Assembly: GCA_043511425.1 (NCBI GenBank)
Contig: CP121331.1
Span: 1,371,233 to 1,435,232 of the forward strand
Length of the DNA stretch: 64,000 nt
Reading direction: 5' to 3'
Source of the DNA: Sphingobacteriales bacterium
Lineage (GTDB): Bacteria > Bacteroidota > Bacteroidia > NS11-12g > UBA9320
Of the stretch, positions 31,977 to 42,601 are shown one piece after another (positions within the stretch are counted from its first letter, which is position 1; each line of letters starts with the position of its first letter). The notes below the pieces were generated by a model. The model saw only the letters and a list, made by a program, of their open reading frames with translations, did not search any database and had not been told where the DNA came from. The position numbers and the translations under genes were made by a program.

Positions 31977-33346
31977 TCTGCCAATTTCGTTATGATTTCT
32001 TGAACCGAGAGGTTTGCTTGTTCTCCTAGAACTAAGTCTTTTAATGTCAATGCCCCCGACTCCATTTCACTCTCTCCTATTACGATGACATGCCGCACTC
32101 CTATTTTATTGGCATAGTCAAATTGTTTATTGATTCGCTTATTCTCTGAGTAAACTACACTCTGAAGTCCAGCCGCTCTTAGCTCTGCTGCCACTCCAAC
32201 TCCATAGAGTTGGCTAGCCTCATCAAAGTGACAAATGAGCACTATAGCATTTGTGTGTAGATTTTCTGGCCAAAGATGATCTGCTTCTAGTATTTCGTAG
32301 ATACGGTCTATTCCAAAGCTAATCCCCACTCCAGATACGTCCTTTAAGCCAAAAACACCTGTAAGATTATCGTACCTGCCACCGCCAGATATACTCCCCA
32401 TTCCACTATCTGGCACTACCGCTTCAAAAATACAGCCGGTATAATAGTCTAAGCCCCGTGCTAAACTAAGATCTAACTCTACCCGTATATTCAGCTTACT
32501 ATCGCCCAAGTAACGCAGTACTGCTTCAAGATCATTGATTGCTTCCTGAGCAATTGTATTATTATTAAACGCTTTAGCAAAGGTGTGAAGATTTGCAGTG
32601 GTAAGTTCTGCATTACCTATAATACTAAAAAGCTGTTTGCACTTAGCTTCATCTACACCGTAGCCTACTAGCTCCTTCATCACTCCGTCCTCACCTATCT
32701 TATCCAGCTTATCCAGTGTAGATGTAAATTTCCCTACTGGAAAATCTAGCTGTAATTCATCAACTAGTGCCTCAAGAAACTTACGATGATTCATTTTCAC
32801 GACGGCATTAGTAAGGCCTATTGCCGTAAATGCTTCATTGTATATCTGAATCAGGTCTGCTTCGTGAAGTAGAGAAGTACTTCCAATACAGTCTGCATCA
32901 CACTGAGTAAACTCCCTAAACCGGCCCTTTTGTGGTCTATCTGCGCGCCATACGGGCTGTATTTGGTAGCGTCTAAATGGAAATGTAATATCATTCCGGT
33001 GTTGTACCACAAAACGAGCAAAAGGCACTGTAAGGTCATACCGGAGCCCTAGTTTTGATTCCCCTGGTATCCATCTATCTGGGAATAACGATTTTATTTC
33101 GGAGGCTTTGTCCGCCGGCACTTCATTGACAATTTCCTTGTTACTTCTTATTTTATAAAGCAGTTTATCTCCTTCATCGCCATACTTGCCTGTAAGCATA
33201 CTTAGGTTTTCCAAAGCAGGAGTTTCTAGCGGTTCAAAACCGTATCGAACAAACACTTGGCGAATACTCTGAAGGATAAAATCACGTTTACGCATTACCT
33301 CAGGACCAAAGTCCCTAGTGCCTTGTGCGTTAGATGGTTTTTGCAT
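31973..33346 (-). CDS. hisS: Histidine--tRNA ligase
   Basis: GTRDFGPE, class II motifs, GGRYD, C-terminal anticodon-binding domain. Confidence 0.9.
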   Translation of the reverse strand: MQKPSNAQGTRDFGPEVMRKRDFILQSIRQVFVRYGFEPLETPALENLSMLTGKYGDEGDKLLYKIRSNKEIVNEVPADKASEIKSLFPDRWIPGESKLGLRYDLTVPFARFVVQHRNDITFPFRRYQIQPVWRADRPQKGRFREFTQCDADCIGSTSLLHEADLIQIYNEAFTAIGLTNAVVKMNHRKFLEALVDELQLDFPVGKFTSTLDKLDKIGEDGVMKELVGYGVDEAKCKQLFSIIGNAELTTANLHTFAKAFNNNTIAQEAINDLEAVLRYLGDSKLNIRVELDLSLARGLDYYTGCIFEAVVPDSGMGSISGGGRYDNLTGVFGLKDVSGVGISFGIDRIYEILEADHLWPENLHTNAIVLICHFDEASQLYGVGVAAELRAAGLQSVVYSENKRINKQFDYANKIGVRHVIVIGESEMESGALTLKDLVLGEQANLSVQEIITKLAE

Positions 33347-33394
33347 AGGGCAAAGGTATACGAATACAGATTATCGGCCTACCTTTTATAAATG

Positions 33395-35248
33395 CTATTT
33401 GAAATCATTGTTTAGCAAGCGGTAGTTATACTTTTGGATATACATCTTCAGCACATCTAACATTTCCGCGGTATCCTCCGGTCTCTTCGATGCCAGGTTC
33501 CTGCTATGGGCACTATCTGTTCTATACGCAAATAGTTTTGGCTTTGCTACGCCATTCCATTGAAGAGTGAGTGAATCAGAAGTACAGACATATACATTAC
33601 CGTCATATTGAATACTGTAACCTCTATCACCTTTCAGTAGGTTTCTACCCAAGGACTTGAACTCTTTCTTTCCTGCTAACTTCAATACAGTCGCGTGAAT
33701 ATCGAGGTGCTGAGCCACTGAGGTATCTACCTTAGCATCGAATCTGCCAGGAGAATACAACATCAGAGGAATAGTATATTTCCCCCTGTACGTTGAGTGA
33801 GGCTTCGTTTGATTTATAGAAGTGTGGTCTGCAGTGATGATAAATACCGTATTAGCAAACCAACTTTTAGTGCTAGCTGATTTAAAAAACTGACGCAATG
33901 CCTCGTCAGTATATCCTACTGACTGATGAATCTCTGAGGTTCCTTTTGGTAGATGTCTATACTTTTCCGGCACTTTATATGGATGATGACTACTCAATGT
34001 AAATATTCCAGAAATCCAAGGTTGATTCTGTTGAGTTAATTTTTCAGAAACGTAGCGTAAATACGGTCCATCAAATATTCCCCAGGTACCATCAAAATCT
34101 GCTGTGTTGGGATACTGCTGTTTTGCTTGATATTCATCTAAACCTTGTGATAATAGGAAGGGCTTAAATCCCATCGATAATTCATCCGCGGCGTGGTAGA
34201 AACTAGAAAAATAACCAAGTTCCTCTAGTTTAGAAGGCAAGCTTGATAATTCCACAGTACTGTAAAGTGATCCTAAAAGCGGCTGTTTCATGAGTGAAGG
34301 GACACCACCATATACAGAGGCTACAGCATCCATACTTCGCAAACCATTAGCATAAGCATTGGTATAATTAATGGAAACATCCATCAGACTATCCAGAAAT
34401 GGAGTATAGCTGGACCTACCTGATTTGTTTATCTTGGTATACTCCGCTCCAAAGCTTTCCAACAAAATAATACAAATATTTGGTGTATGAAGAACGCCTG
34501 CTTTCTGAGTATGTATATCCTCAGCTAGACTCACATGTAATTTCGCTTCGTTAAAGTATGGCGTATACTCTAGCGTATGTTTACCATAAGATTCGAGTAG
34601 TACATATGCGGGAGTGATAGCCGTGACCACCTCAGCGCTTTCTAAGTGTGCATAGCCGTATAAGATATTCAGTGGTTTCAACGCTATCCCTCCACGAGCA
34701 AAAAAGACAATGAGGAACAATCCGACTAATGACACTGGTAACGAAACCTTCTTCGTCAATGAGAAACTCAATTTTGAATAGACTACATATACGAGATAGA
34801 AGACCACTGCAGCTAAAAGCACTGCGTACCAATAGTCTATTAAGTATGAAGAGATTATGGTAACGTCTTGACCTGCGAGAATCTGAAAGACCTCCACACC
34901 TATTATGCTCTTACTTATAGGATAATATAAAACGGCTATGATACCGAATATCAGCGCGAATGCATACAGTACTAAAAATACAGTTTTACTGAGTGAGTTC
35001 CACCATTTTTTTCTAACCCAGAAGCCAATTCCAACAAGTAGGTATAAAGGGGAATACCATATAGCAATAGTCTTTAGGTCAAACCTAAGCGTATAATACA
35101 GATAGTTAAATGGGTCTGAAATGGAGACTTCACTCACCGTAAAAAAAAGCAACAATCTACAGATCCAAAGAGGAGATAGCAGAAGTAGGATATAAAGAAT
35201 AAACTTTATTGTATTTTTTAAATTACTTTGCACTTGAATAGATTGCAA
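33395..35248 (-). CDS. LTA synthase / sulfatase-family membrane phosphotransferase
   Basis: Multi-TM N-terminus + extracellular alkaline-phosphatase-like domain (ILLESFGAEY, SSHHPY). Confidence 0.7.
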   Translation of the reverse strand: MQSIQVQSNLKNTIKFILYILLLLSPLWICRLLLFFTVSEVSISDPFNYLYYTLRFDLKTIAIWYSPLYLLVGIGFWVRKKWWNSLSKTVFLVLYAFALIFGIIAVLYYPISKSIIGVEVFQILAGQDVTIISSYLIDYWYAVLLAAVVFYLVYVVYSKLSFSLTKKVSLPVSLVGLFLIVFFARGGIALKPLNILYGYAHLESAEVVTAITPAYVLLESYGKHTLEYTPYFNEAKLHVSLAEDIHTQKAGVLHTPNICIILLESFGAEYTKINKSGRSSYTPFLDSLMDVSINYTNAYANGLRSMDAVASVYGGVPSLMKQPLLGSLYSTVELSSLPSKLEELGYFSSFYHAADELSMGFKPFLLSQGLDEYQAKQQYPNTADFDGTWGIFDGPYLRYVSEKLTQQNQPWISGIFTLSSHHPYKVPEKYRHLPKGTSEIHQSVGYTDEALRQFFKSASTKSWFANTVFIITADHTSINQTKPHSTYRGKYTIPLMLYSPGRFDAKVDTSVAQHLDIHATVLKLAGKKEFKSLGRNLLKGDRGYSIQYDGNVYVCTSDSLTLQWNGVAKPKLFAYRTDSAHSRNLASKRPEDTAEMLDVLKMYIQKYNYRLLNNDFK

Positions 35249-35344
35249 ATTATGTTAAATTTGCAGTCCTTTAAAAGGAAAAGCTTGTGAAAGTTGAGAA
35301 ATCACAGACGAGCTGAACATAAACGAACAAAAGAATTTTACAAA

Positions 35345-35596
35345 ATGAAGAACGAAATACATCCAGACAGCTATCGCTTAGTAGTGTTCAAAGACATGTC
35401 TAACGGATTCCAGTTTCTAACTAAGTCATGTGTAGAGACTAAAGAAACTATCACCTATGAAGACGGGAATGATTACCCGGTATACAAACTAGAGATATCT
35501 AGTGCATCTCACCCGTTCTATACAGGTAAGATGAACTTTGTAGATACAGCAGGACGTATTGACAAGTTCAATAAGCGTTACGCTAAAGAGAAATAA
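35345..35596 (+). CDS. rpmE2: 50S ribosomal protein L31 type B (no CxxC zinc ribbon)
   Basis: [17 protein letters not shown] ... SHPFYTGK; lacks Cys pairs. Confidence 0.85.
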   Translation: MKNEIHPDSYRLVVFKDMSNGFQFLTKSCVETKETITYEDGNDYPVYKLEISSASHPFYTGKMNFVDTAGRIDKFNKRYAKEK

Positions 35597-35616
35597 GTTT
35601 TTAACTTTAAAATACG

Positions 35617-35649
35617 AAAGGCTCTCTATATTTGGAGAGCCTTTTTTTA
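35617..35649 (+). terminator. Rho-independent terminator after rpmE2
   Basis: AAAGGCTCTC ... GAGAGCCTTT hairpin + T7. Confidence 0.75.
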
Positions 35650-36851
35650 TGAACATTATTCTATTTGACGATGAAGGAAGAAGTAACCTTCTTCCCTTGG
35701 TGTACACCAGACCGTGTGGTAACCTGCGTGTAGGAATACTCACCTTAGCGGAGAAGTGGGAAGTCCTTTGTTCGTGTACGGTATCCTACCTCACAGAAGA
35801 GTACCTTGCAGCCAAATACCCTGCAAAATACGACGCTACAAATTATTATGTAAATGGTAGGTTACTACCAGATCAGACCATTTTAGCATCCATTCAAAAA
35901 CTAAAATCTGGAGAAAAGTTAACTCACGAAGGCTGCCTTATCGCCTTTAGATATGATGAGCAATTAGATAATATCAATGACTTACTTGGTCATGCCCTAG
36001 AACTTTCACACAATGAGCAACATGCCTCATTCATAACCTATAGCCATGACTTGTTTTCACTCAACGGACAGGAAATCAGAAAAGATTTCGAATTATTAAC
36101 AGCCAACCGTGAATCAGCATCACTATCCGAGACCAATACGCTAATCGGTGACCAATTGTTTATCGAAGAAGGAGCAAGTATAGAAGCAGCAGTAATCAAT
36201 ACAAAAGGTGGACCTGTATACATTGGCAAAAATGCCACAGTAATGGAGGGTAGCCTAATACGAGGTCCTTTTTCATTGGGAGAAGGAGCTACCATAAAAA
36301 TGGGCGCAAAAATATATGGAGATACAACGGTGGGCCCTAAATGTAAAGTAGGTGGTGAAGTGAGTAATAGTCTTTTTTACGGAAACAGTAACAAAGGGCA
36401 CGATGGCTTCATAGGTAATAGCGTTATCGGTGAGTGGTGTAATCTAGGTGCAGATACCAATAGCTCAAATCTTAAAAATAATTACGCTCCCGTAAAGTTA
36501 TGGAACTACGAAAAAAGTAGATTTATAAATACAGGACTGCAGTTTTGTGGGCTTATTATGGGAGACCACAGTAAATGTGGCATCAATACCATGTTTAATA
36601 CCGGAACAGTAGTTGGGGTCTCAGCAAATATTTTTGGCGCAGGCTTCCCACGAAACTTTATACCCTCATTTACTTGGGGAGGTGCGTCAGGTTTCACCAC
36701 ATACACACTTCCAAAAGTTCTAGAAACTACACGAGTAGTAATGCTTAGAAGAAATATAGAACTGGACGAAACAGAAAAACAGATACTTAAAACAATATTC
36801 GAACTATCAGAGCCACAAAGGTTCTGGGAAAATAAACCACTAAGAACATGA
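35649..36851 (+). CDS. Putative sugar-phosphate nucleotidyltransferase with left-handed beta-helix (GlmU-like)
   Basis: Start refined to ATG 35649 (MNIILFDDEG); hexapeptide-repeat C-terminal half. Confidence 0.55.
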   Translation: MNIILFDDEGRSNLLPLVYTRPCGNLRVGILTLAEKWEVLCSCTVSYLTEEYLAAKYPAKYDATNYYVNGRLLPDQTILASIQKLKSGEKLTHEGCLIAFRYDEQLDNINDLLGHALELSHNEQHASFITYSHDLFSLNGQEIRKDFELLTANRESASLSETNTLIGDQLFIEEGASIEAAVINTKGGPVYIGKNATVMEGSLIRGPFSLGEGATIKMGAKIYGDTTVGPKCKVGGEVSNSLFYGNSNKGHDGFIGNSVIGEWCNLGADTNSSNLKNNYAPVKLWNYEKSRFINTGLQFCGLIMGDHSKCGINTMFNTGTVVGVSANIFGAGFPRNFIPSFTWGGASGFTTYTLPKVLETTRVVMLRRNIELDETEKQILKTIFELSEPQRFWENKPLRT

Positions 36852-37597
36852 GACAGAAAATAGTAGCAGGAAATTGGAAAATGAATCTTGATATTGATTC
36901 AGGTAAAGAACTACTTATTCAAATAATAGATGCAGACTTAAACAGTGACTGCCTTACAATAGTAGCACCTCCGTATATCCATTTGCATAACTTTAACCGT
37001 ATGCTTAGTCATACTAACATCGCTTTAGCTGCACAAAACTGCCATGCACAAGAAAGTGGTGCATACACAGGTGAGATCTCCGTACAAATGCTTAAAAGCG
37101 TCGGGGTGGAATATGTCATACTAGGACATAGTGAGCGTAGAGAGTATTTCAATGAAGATAGTTTAGCTATTTCATTTAAAGTCAATACAGTTATTAAAGA
37201 AGGACTTCGTCCCATTTACTGTTGTGGAGAAACACTGGCGGAAAGAAAAGAAGGGGAACATTTCGAGACCATAAGTACACAAATTAAACAAGGATTATTT
37301 CAACTCAATGAAATGGAATTGCTTAACTGCGTTATTGCCTATGAACCAGTATGGGCTATCGGAACAGGAGAAACTGCAAGCCCAGAACAAGCACAAGAAA
37401 TTCACGCATTTATTCGAAAGACTATTGCTGAAGAATATGGAGAGATCGTAGCTAATTCAATCTCCATTTTATACGGAGGTAGTGTCAAACCTGGGAACGC
37501 TAAAGAACTATTTAACTGTCCGGACATAGACGGCGGTCTGATAGGTGGAGCAGCACTCGACGTCACTAGCTTCACTGCGCTTACGAATAGCTTCTAG
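36848..37597 (+). CDS. tpiA: Triosephosphate isomerase
   Basis: AYEPVWAIGTG and GHSERR motifs. Confidence 0.9.
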   Translation: MRQKIVAGNWKMNLDIDSGKELLIQIIDADLNSDCLTIVAPPYIHLHNFNRMLSHTNIALAAQNCHAQESGAYTGEISVQMLKSVGVEYVILGHSERREYFNEDSLAISFKVNTVIKEGLRPIYCCGETLAERKEGEHFETISTQIKQGLFQLNEMELLNCVIAYEPVWAIGTGETASPEQAQEIHAFIRKTIAEEYGEIVANSISILYGGSVKPGNAKELFNCPDIDGGLIGGAALDVTSFTALTNSF

Positions 37598-38163
37598 AAT
37601 AAATAACCCAATCCTATCGCGAGCTGATTTAGTGGCTTAAAAGAAACACGAGTATCTTTATAGTCTGTTTCTGCATCATATTTTTGGAAATTTAAATTGA
37701 AGTCTGATCTAGACTCTAGTGTGAGTCGAATATTCTTAATGGGTTCATAAGAAATTCCCACTAAAGGAGTAGTACCAACATTCCAATAATATCCATAATA
37801 GGTGTCTGTAGGGTTTCTCAAAAACTGTGACTGCCAATAGACATCTGAACCTATGTAAGCATATGCTTTTTTAATATCGTCTAAGATCAACTTACGTTGT
37901 ACTCCAGCTGCCAACGTATAGGAAACGCTACCCGTGTTTAGCGTAGTACTATCATTCCTCACCTCCTTATCTGTGTTCACCAAAACACCCATGCTTATCC
38001 TTAGGTTCCATAACTTATTGGGCAACTGTCTACGATACATTAGTTGATAACTGGACTGCTCCTCCATCTTCAGAGGCGAAATAACCAAGGATGCATCATT
38101 CTTATATTGAGCATTTGAAATAAATGGAAACGTGGCTAAAACTAGTATTAATAATCTATTCAT
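37594..38163 (-). CDS. Small outer-membrane beta-barrel protein (signal peptide, C-terminal F)
   Basis: Signal peptide; alternating beta pattern; ends GLGYLF. Confidence 0.5.
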   Translation of the reverse strand: MNRLLILVLATFPFISNAQYKNDASLVISPLKMEEQSSYQLMYRRQLPNKLWNLRISMGVLVNTDKEVRNDSTTLNTGSVSYTLAAGVQRKLILDDIKKAYAYIGSDVYWQSQFLRNPTDTYYGYYWNVGTTPLVGISYEPIKNIRLTLESRSDFNLNFQKYDAETDYKDTRVSFKPLNQLAIGLGYLF

Positions 38164-38240
38164 CGTATCCTACAATGATACATAAAAAAAGGCCCCAATT
38201 AAAAATCGGAGCCTTAATAAATATGTGTTGCTTTAACTAA

Positions 38241-39632
38241 TTATTTCTTCATAGATAACTCTATACGTCTAGTGCTATATTCTACACCTGACCCAGAAGC
38301 ATAAACTGAAGTAACTCTACTTCTTTCTATACCGTAGTTAGCTTCTAAGTGATCTATGATAGCATTCGTGCGCTTCCAAGCTAATTGCTCACCACTTTTA
38401 CTAGCAGTATAACCTGTAGCATCAACGCTTAGAGATGGACATTGTTTCATTTTTTCTGCTAAAGCATAAAGCACTCCATAAGAAGAAGGAGCAATCTTCG
38501 AGCTACCGTTATCAAATATGATAGTAGGAAGTGAAACGTTTTCACAATCGCAGCAGTTACCTCCTCCGACTTTAATTTCGTTTCCTTTAGCATCAACTAA
38601 TGCTCCAGCAGGAGTATTAGTATCTTCATCTAATTCATCGATAACGCCATCGCCATCTGCATCAACTGCAACACCATTAACGTCTACATTCTTAGCAAAA
38701 ACTAAAGGCTGCTTATCCAAGTGATCTGGAACACCGTCACCGTCTGAATCCACTGCCTTACCATTACCGTAAGTATTCACACCTTCTTCAGTACTATTGT
38801 CTTTGTCAAAGAAGTCACCAACACCGTCTCCATCCTCATCTTCGATAAGAGTTTTAAGCTTGTTAGTAATTTCTTTCATTGTATCTAAATCCGCATAGAT
38901 AGTTTCAAGTGGATTAACCCAATCATAATGAGTATTATCTCCTTCTGATCCAAATTTGTACGATGCACGAATACCAAAAGTAACAAAATAGTCCCCAGAT
39001 CTATTTGCCAAAACTGGTGCCGATAGTGCATCTAGACTATCAGAACTAGTATAGCGTAATTTCATTTCAAGACCTAAATCAATCTTTTCATTTATACTTC
39101 TTTTTACCCCAACACCCAATGGAATGGTAAGCGCTGGAGTAGTGTAAGACGTTTTGACAGTACTACTTCCATACCCAGCAGCTTCTGTAAGGGTGACATA
39201 ATCTCCTTCTACGTTGTTTAAGATAACACCTACCCCAAACAAAGCATACACCTGAGACTTTCTCAAACTCTTGAAGAATGAAGTATTACCTAGTGTAAAA
39301 ACAGAAGTTGCATCAAAACTTGCGAAACTATTTTTATATGAATATGTGGTATTAGCGTCAATAGGACTATTACCGTCACCACCTTTCATACTACCAAAAT
39401 CTCCAGAGAATTGTATACCAAAAGTAGGAGAAACAGAGTATTTTGCATGAGCACCAGCTGTGAACCCTAATCCAAAATGACCACCGTCACCTAAAATTGA
39501 AGCTTCACCTAGCGTTATGCCTGCAGACCAGTTACTTAAAGATTCAAATTTCGAAAAGTATTCGCTTTGAGCCTCCGATAAAACGAAACTAAAAAGCAAC
39601 GTAAAGATTAATGGTATTCTAAGTTTTTTCAT
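38241..39632 (-). CDS. OmpA family outer-membrane protein with thrombospondin type-3 (Ca-binding DxDxDG) repeats
   Basis: Repeated DEDGDGVGDFFD / DSDGDGVPDHLD / DADGDGVIDELD blocks; C-terminal OmpA peptidoglycan-binding domain. Confidence 0.8.
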   Translation of the reverse strand: MKKLRIPLIFTLLFSFVLSEAQSEYFSKFESLSNWSAGITLGEASILGDGGHFGLGFTAGAHAKYSVSPTFGIQFSGDFGSMKGGDGNSPIDANTTYSYKNSFASFDATSVFTLGNTSFFKSLRKSQVYALFGVGVILNNVEGDYVTLTEAAGYGSSTVKTSYTTPALTIPLGVGVKRSINEKIDLGLEMKLRYTSSDSLDALSAPVLANRSGDYFVTFGIRASYKFGSEGDNTHYDWVNPLETIYADLDTMKEITNKLKTLIEDEDGDGVGDFFDKDNSTEEGVNTYGNGKAVDSDGDGVPDHLDKQPLVFAKNVDVNGVAVDADGDGVIDELDEDTNTPAGALVDAKGNEIKVGGGNCCDCENVSLPTIIFDNGSSKIAPSSYGVLYALAEKMKQCPSLSVDATGYTASKSGEQLAWKRTNAIIDHLEANYGIERSRVTSVYASGSGVEYSTRRIELSMKK

Positions 39633-39720
39633 GATTTAGATTTTAGCAACTTTAAATTATATATAATATTTTTCTTTTATAAGATACAAATGTAATCCAA
39701 ATATTCTATCTAACAATACT

Positions 39721-41274
39721 TTACATAAACATAACATCAATATTTCGGGATTTTTTAAGCCCAAAATAAGAATGAATAGTTTGGGCTGGCCAATTCAATA
39801 TTTCCGAATGTGTAAGTAAATGTTCCACTCGCTCTTGCACCATTTCTCTATTAAAGTACTTCGCCTGTACTTTCAACACTTTATTTAACTCTGGGTTCTG
39901 TTCACTTTTTCTAGTCATTTGCTCATTCACCAAACGCTCCAACTCTGTAAGCTTGGGAATAATCTTGTCTATTTTAGACGTCAGACTAAATCCTTTAAAA
40001 GCAGACTGTACATTCCTATCATAGGACGAAAGGGCGTTTATCACCTGACCATGTAAATTTTCCAAATACGCTTTTTCTTCTGCCAACTCTTCTGCATAAA
40101 TTGCTCTTAGCTGATCTTCACTGCCAAACATCTGCACTACGCCTTCATCTCCTAGATCTTTATGCAGTTTTTTTGGCAGCAGTACTTTAGATGAACGAAG
40201 ATGTAAATAGGGCATAGGAAGCTTATAATTATCAAACAACCCTTTTAGTTGCGACCAATACTTCACTTCACTACCTCCTCCAACGTAGACCACATTTGGT
40301 AAAATCCACTCTTGATATAATGGTCTGAGTGCCGCATTCGGGCTTAAGTCTGCATAGTTATCGTTTACATAACTGTCTATATCAGATATAGATGCTGAAT
40401 CTACTTTTAGTCTCTGCCCTCCTGCTAAGGTGAAAAGGTTATTCTCTCGAATGTGTAATTGCCTTTCGTGGCCTGCAGTTTCCATAGCCGCGGTCACCCC
40501 TTCTAATGCATGGTAATTGGCATGACTTATCTCATCTCTGAGCAGTGACTTAGAAAGCGCCTTTAACTCCGCAGAATCTGCATCCAGTATTACCAATCCA
40601 GTATGACCTACATAACTGTGTAGAAGTCTTCTGAATGCTGTAGCTAGATTGTCACTACTGGCATAGATATCTTTGCATTTGTTTAAAAATGAAATTTCCG
40701 TTTCTCCAAAATTAAACTCATCCAATATTTGTTGAAATAGATCTGAAACACCATCGGGCTTCATTCTACCCACTGCTCCTGTTTGGTCCGTTTTCCATTC
40801 CAGTGTTTTTCCAAACACATTTACCTGAGCTATCTCTTCTAAATCATGGTCTTCTGTAGCCATCCAAAAAACAGGCACAAAATTCTTATTCGGATATTTG
40901 TCTTTAAGCTCTTGTGCAATAGCTATAGCGTCAAAAGCCTTATACAATACATACATGGGTCCAAGACCGATATGTATCTGTTGACCTGTAGCTACGGTGA
41001 ATGTGTTTTGCTCTCTAAGTAGGTCAATATTTTTAGCGAGTAGTTCACTCCCTTCTTTTAATAAATCAAATTCCGCGTATTGTTCCTTAAGAACACTTAC
41101 TAAAACCTCTCTCTTCTCAGTGCTAAAACTTGTTTTATTTGCTATAGCTGATTCAATATCTGCTATAGATGAATAGGACTTAAATTCATCTAGTTTATCA
41201 CTATAGTAATAGTCCTCTAAAAATGGGTTCGTAAAAAACGTATCTCTGCGGTCTAAGGTAACAGTATGATTCAT
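39721..41274 (-). CDS. bshC: Bacillithiol biosynthesis cysteine-adding enzyme BshC-like (DUF2331)
   Basis: Length and overall pattern of BshC family; moderate. Confidence 0.5.
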   Translation of the reverse strand: MNHTVTLDRRDTFFTNPFLEDYYYSDKLDEFKSYSSIADIESAIANKTSFSTEKREVLVSVLKEQYAEFDLLKEGSELLAKNIDLLREQNTFTVATGQQIHIGLGPMYVLYKAFDAIAIAQELKDKYPNKNFVPVFWMATEDHDLEEIAQVNVFGKTLEWKTDQTGAVGRMKPDGVSDLFQQILDEFNFGETEISFLNKCKDIYASSDNLATAFRRLLHSYVGHTGLVILDADSAELKALSKSLLRDEISHANYHALEGVTAAMETAGHERQLHIRENNLFTLAGGQRLKVDSASISDIDSYVNDNYADLSPNAALRPLYQEWILPNVVYVGGGSEVKYWSQLKGLFDNYKLPMPYLHLRSSKVLLPKKLHKDLGDEGVVQMFGSEDQLRAIYAEELAEEKAYLENLHGQVINALSSYDRNVQSAFKGFSLTSKIDKIIPKLTELERLVNEQMTRKSEQNPELNKVLKVQAKYFNREMVQERVEHLLTHSEILNWPAQTIHSYFGLKKSRNIDVMFM

Positions 41275-41279
41275 ACTAA

Positions 41280-42587
41280 CTATATAGGTTTTGCTATCAG
41301 GTCAAAAGCCTCTGCTTTTATAATCTTCGTATCAACGAAATCTCCAAGTCTATAATATCCTTCATTTAACGAAATAATCACTTCATTATCCACTTCTGGC
41401 GAATCGTACTGTGTGCGGCCTATATAGCTATCACCCTCTACTCTATCTATAAGTACTCTTTGGTTACTGCCGACTAGGGCTTGATTGTGCATCGCACTGA
41501 TGTCATGCTGAAGGGCCATAATCTCGTCTGCTCTCGCTGACTTAATTGTCTCCGAAACGTGATCTTCTAATGTACCGGCATGTGTTCCTCCTTCATGAGA
41601 ATACGTAAATACCCCAAGTCTATTAAATTGATAATGTTGTACAAATTCCATTAACTCATCAAAATCCTGATCATACTCCCCAGGATGGCCTACCAATAAG
41701 GTAGTGCGAAGTGCAATTCCAGGTACTTCAGCCTTGATCCTGTCTAAGACTTCTTCTGTTCGCCTTTTGGTAATGCCACGCCTCATAGACTTTAGTACAT
41801 TGTCCGAGATATGCTGTATTGGTATATCTAAGTACTTACAGATGTTCGGCTTACTATTCATTATAGGCAACACCTCGAACGGAAACTTGGATGGATATGC
41901 GTAGTGCAGTCGTATCCACTCTAACCCTTCTATATCACTGAGTCTATCCATTAGTTCATGAAGTCTTCTCTCTCCATATAGGTCTATACCGTAGTAGGTA
42001 GAATCTTGACCAATGAGCATTATTTCTTTAACCCCATCTCTCACGAGATTTTTAGCCTCAGTGACTAAGTCTTCTATGGATTTAGAAACATGTTTTCCTC
42101 TCATCAATGGGATGGCACAAAACGAACACGGTCTATCACAGCCTTCGGAAATTTTCATATAAGCATAATGCTTAGAAACAGAAGATTTTCGCTCCCCTAA
42201 AAGTTCCTTTTTATAATCTACTCCCACATTTTGAAGGAGCTGAGGCAACTCAAAAGTACCGTACCATTTATCTACCTCCGGTATCTCTGGAGATAAATCA
42301 TCTTTATATCTTTCGGAAAGGCAACCTGTAACGATTAGACTCTCAATATTCCCTGCTTTTTTTTCTTCAGCATAGGCGAGTATAGTATCAATACTCTCTT
42401 GCTTCGCATTGTCTATAAATCCGCAAGTATTAATTATGATAGTATCGGCTCCTTTAGAGTCTTCGTGTACTGTCTCTATTTCACCTGCTTCTAACTGAGC
42501 TTGTAGGACTTCAGAATCTACCGTATTTTTAGAGCATCCTAGTGTTACTATAGACACCTTCTTCGGCTTGTGACTTTTTGTCTTCAT
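41280..42587 (-). CDS. rimO: Ribosomal protein S12 methylthiotransferase (radical SAM, MiaB family)
   Basis: MTTase N-domain, CxxxCxxC (CDRPCSFCAIP), C-terminal TRAM. Confidence 0.8.
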   Translation of the reverse strand: MKTKSHKPKKVSIVTLGCSKNTVDSEVLQAQLEAGEIETVHEDSKGADTIIINTCGFIDNAKQESIDTILAYAEEKKAGNIESLIVTGCLSERYKDDLSPEIPEVDKWYGTFELPQLLQNVGVDYKKELLGERKSSVSKHYAYMKISEGCDRPCSFCAIPLMRGKHVSKSIEDLVTEAKNLVRDGVKEIMLIGQDSTYYGIDLYGERRLHELMDRLSDIEGLEWIRLHYAYPSKFPFEVLPIMNSKPNICKYLDIPIQHISDNVLKSMRRGITKRRTEEVLDRIKAEVPGIALRTTLLVGHPGEYDQDFDELMEFVQHYQFNRLGVFTYSHEGGTHAGTLEDHVSETIKSARADEIMALQHDISAMHNQALVGSNQRVLIDRVEGDSYIGRTQYDSPEVDNEVIISLNEGYYRLGDFVDTKIIKAEAFDLIAKPI

Positions 42588-42601
42588 CTTTTTTTAACTA
42601 T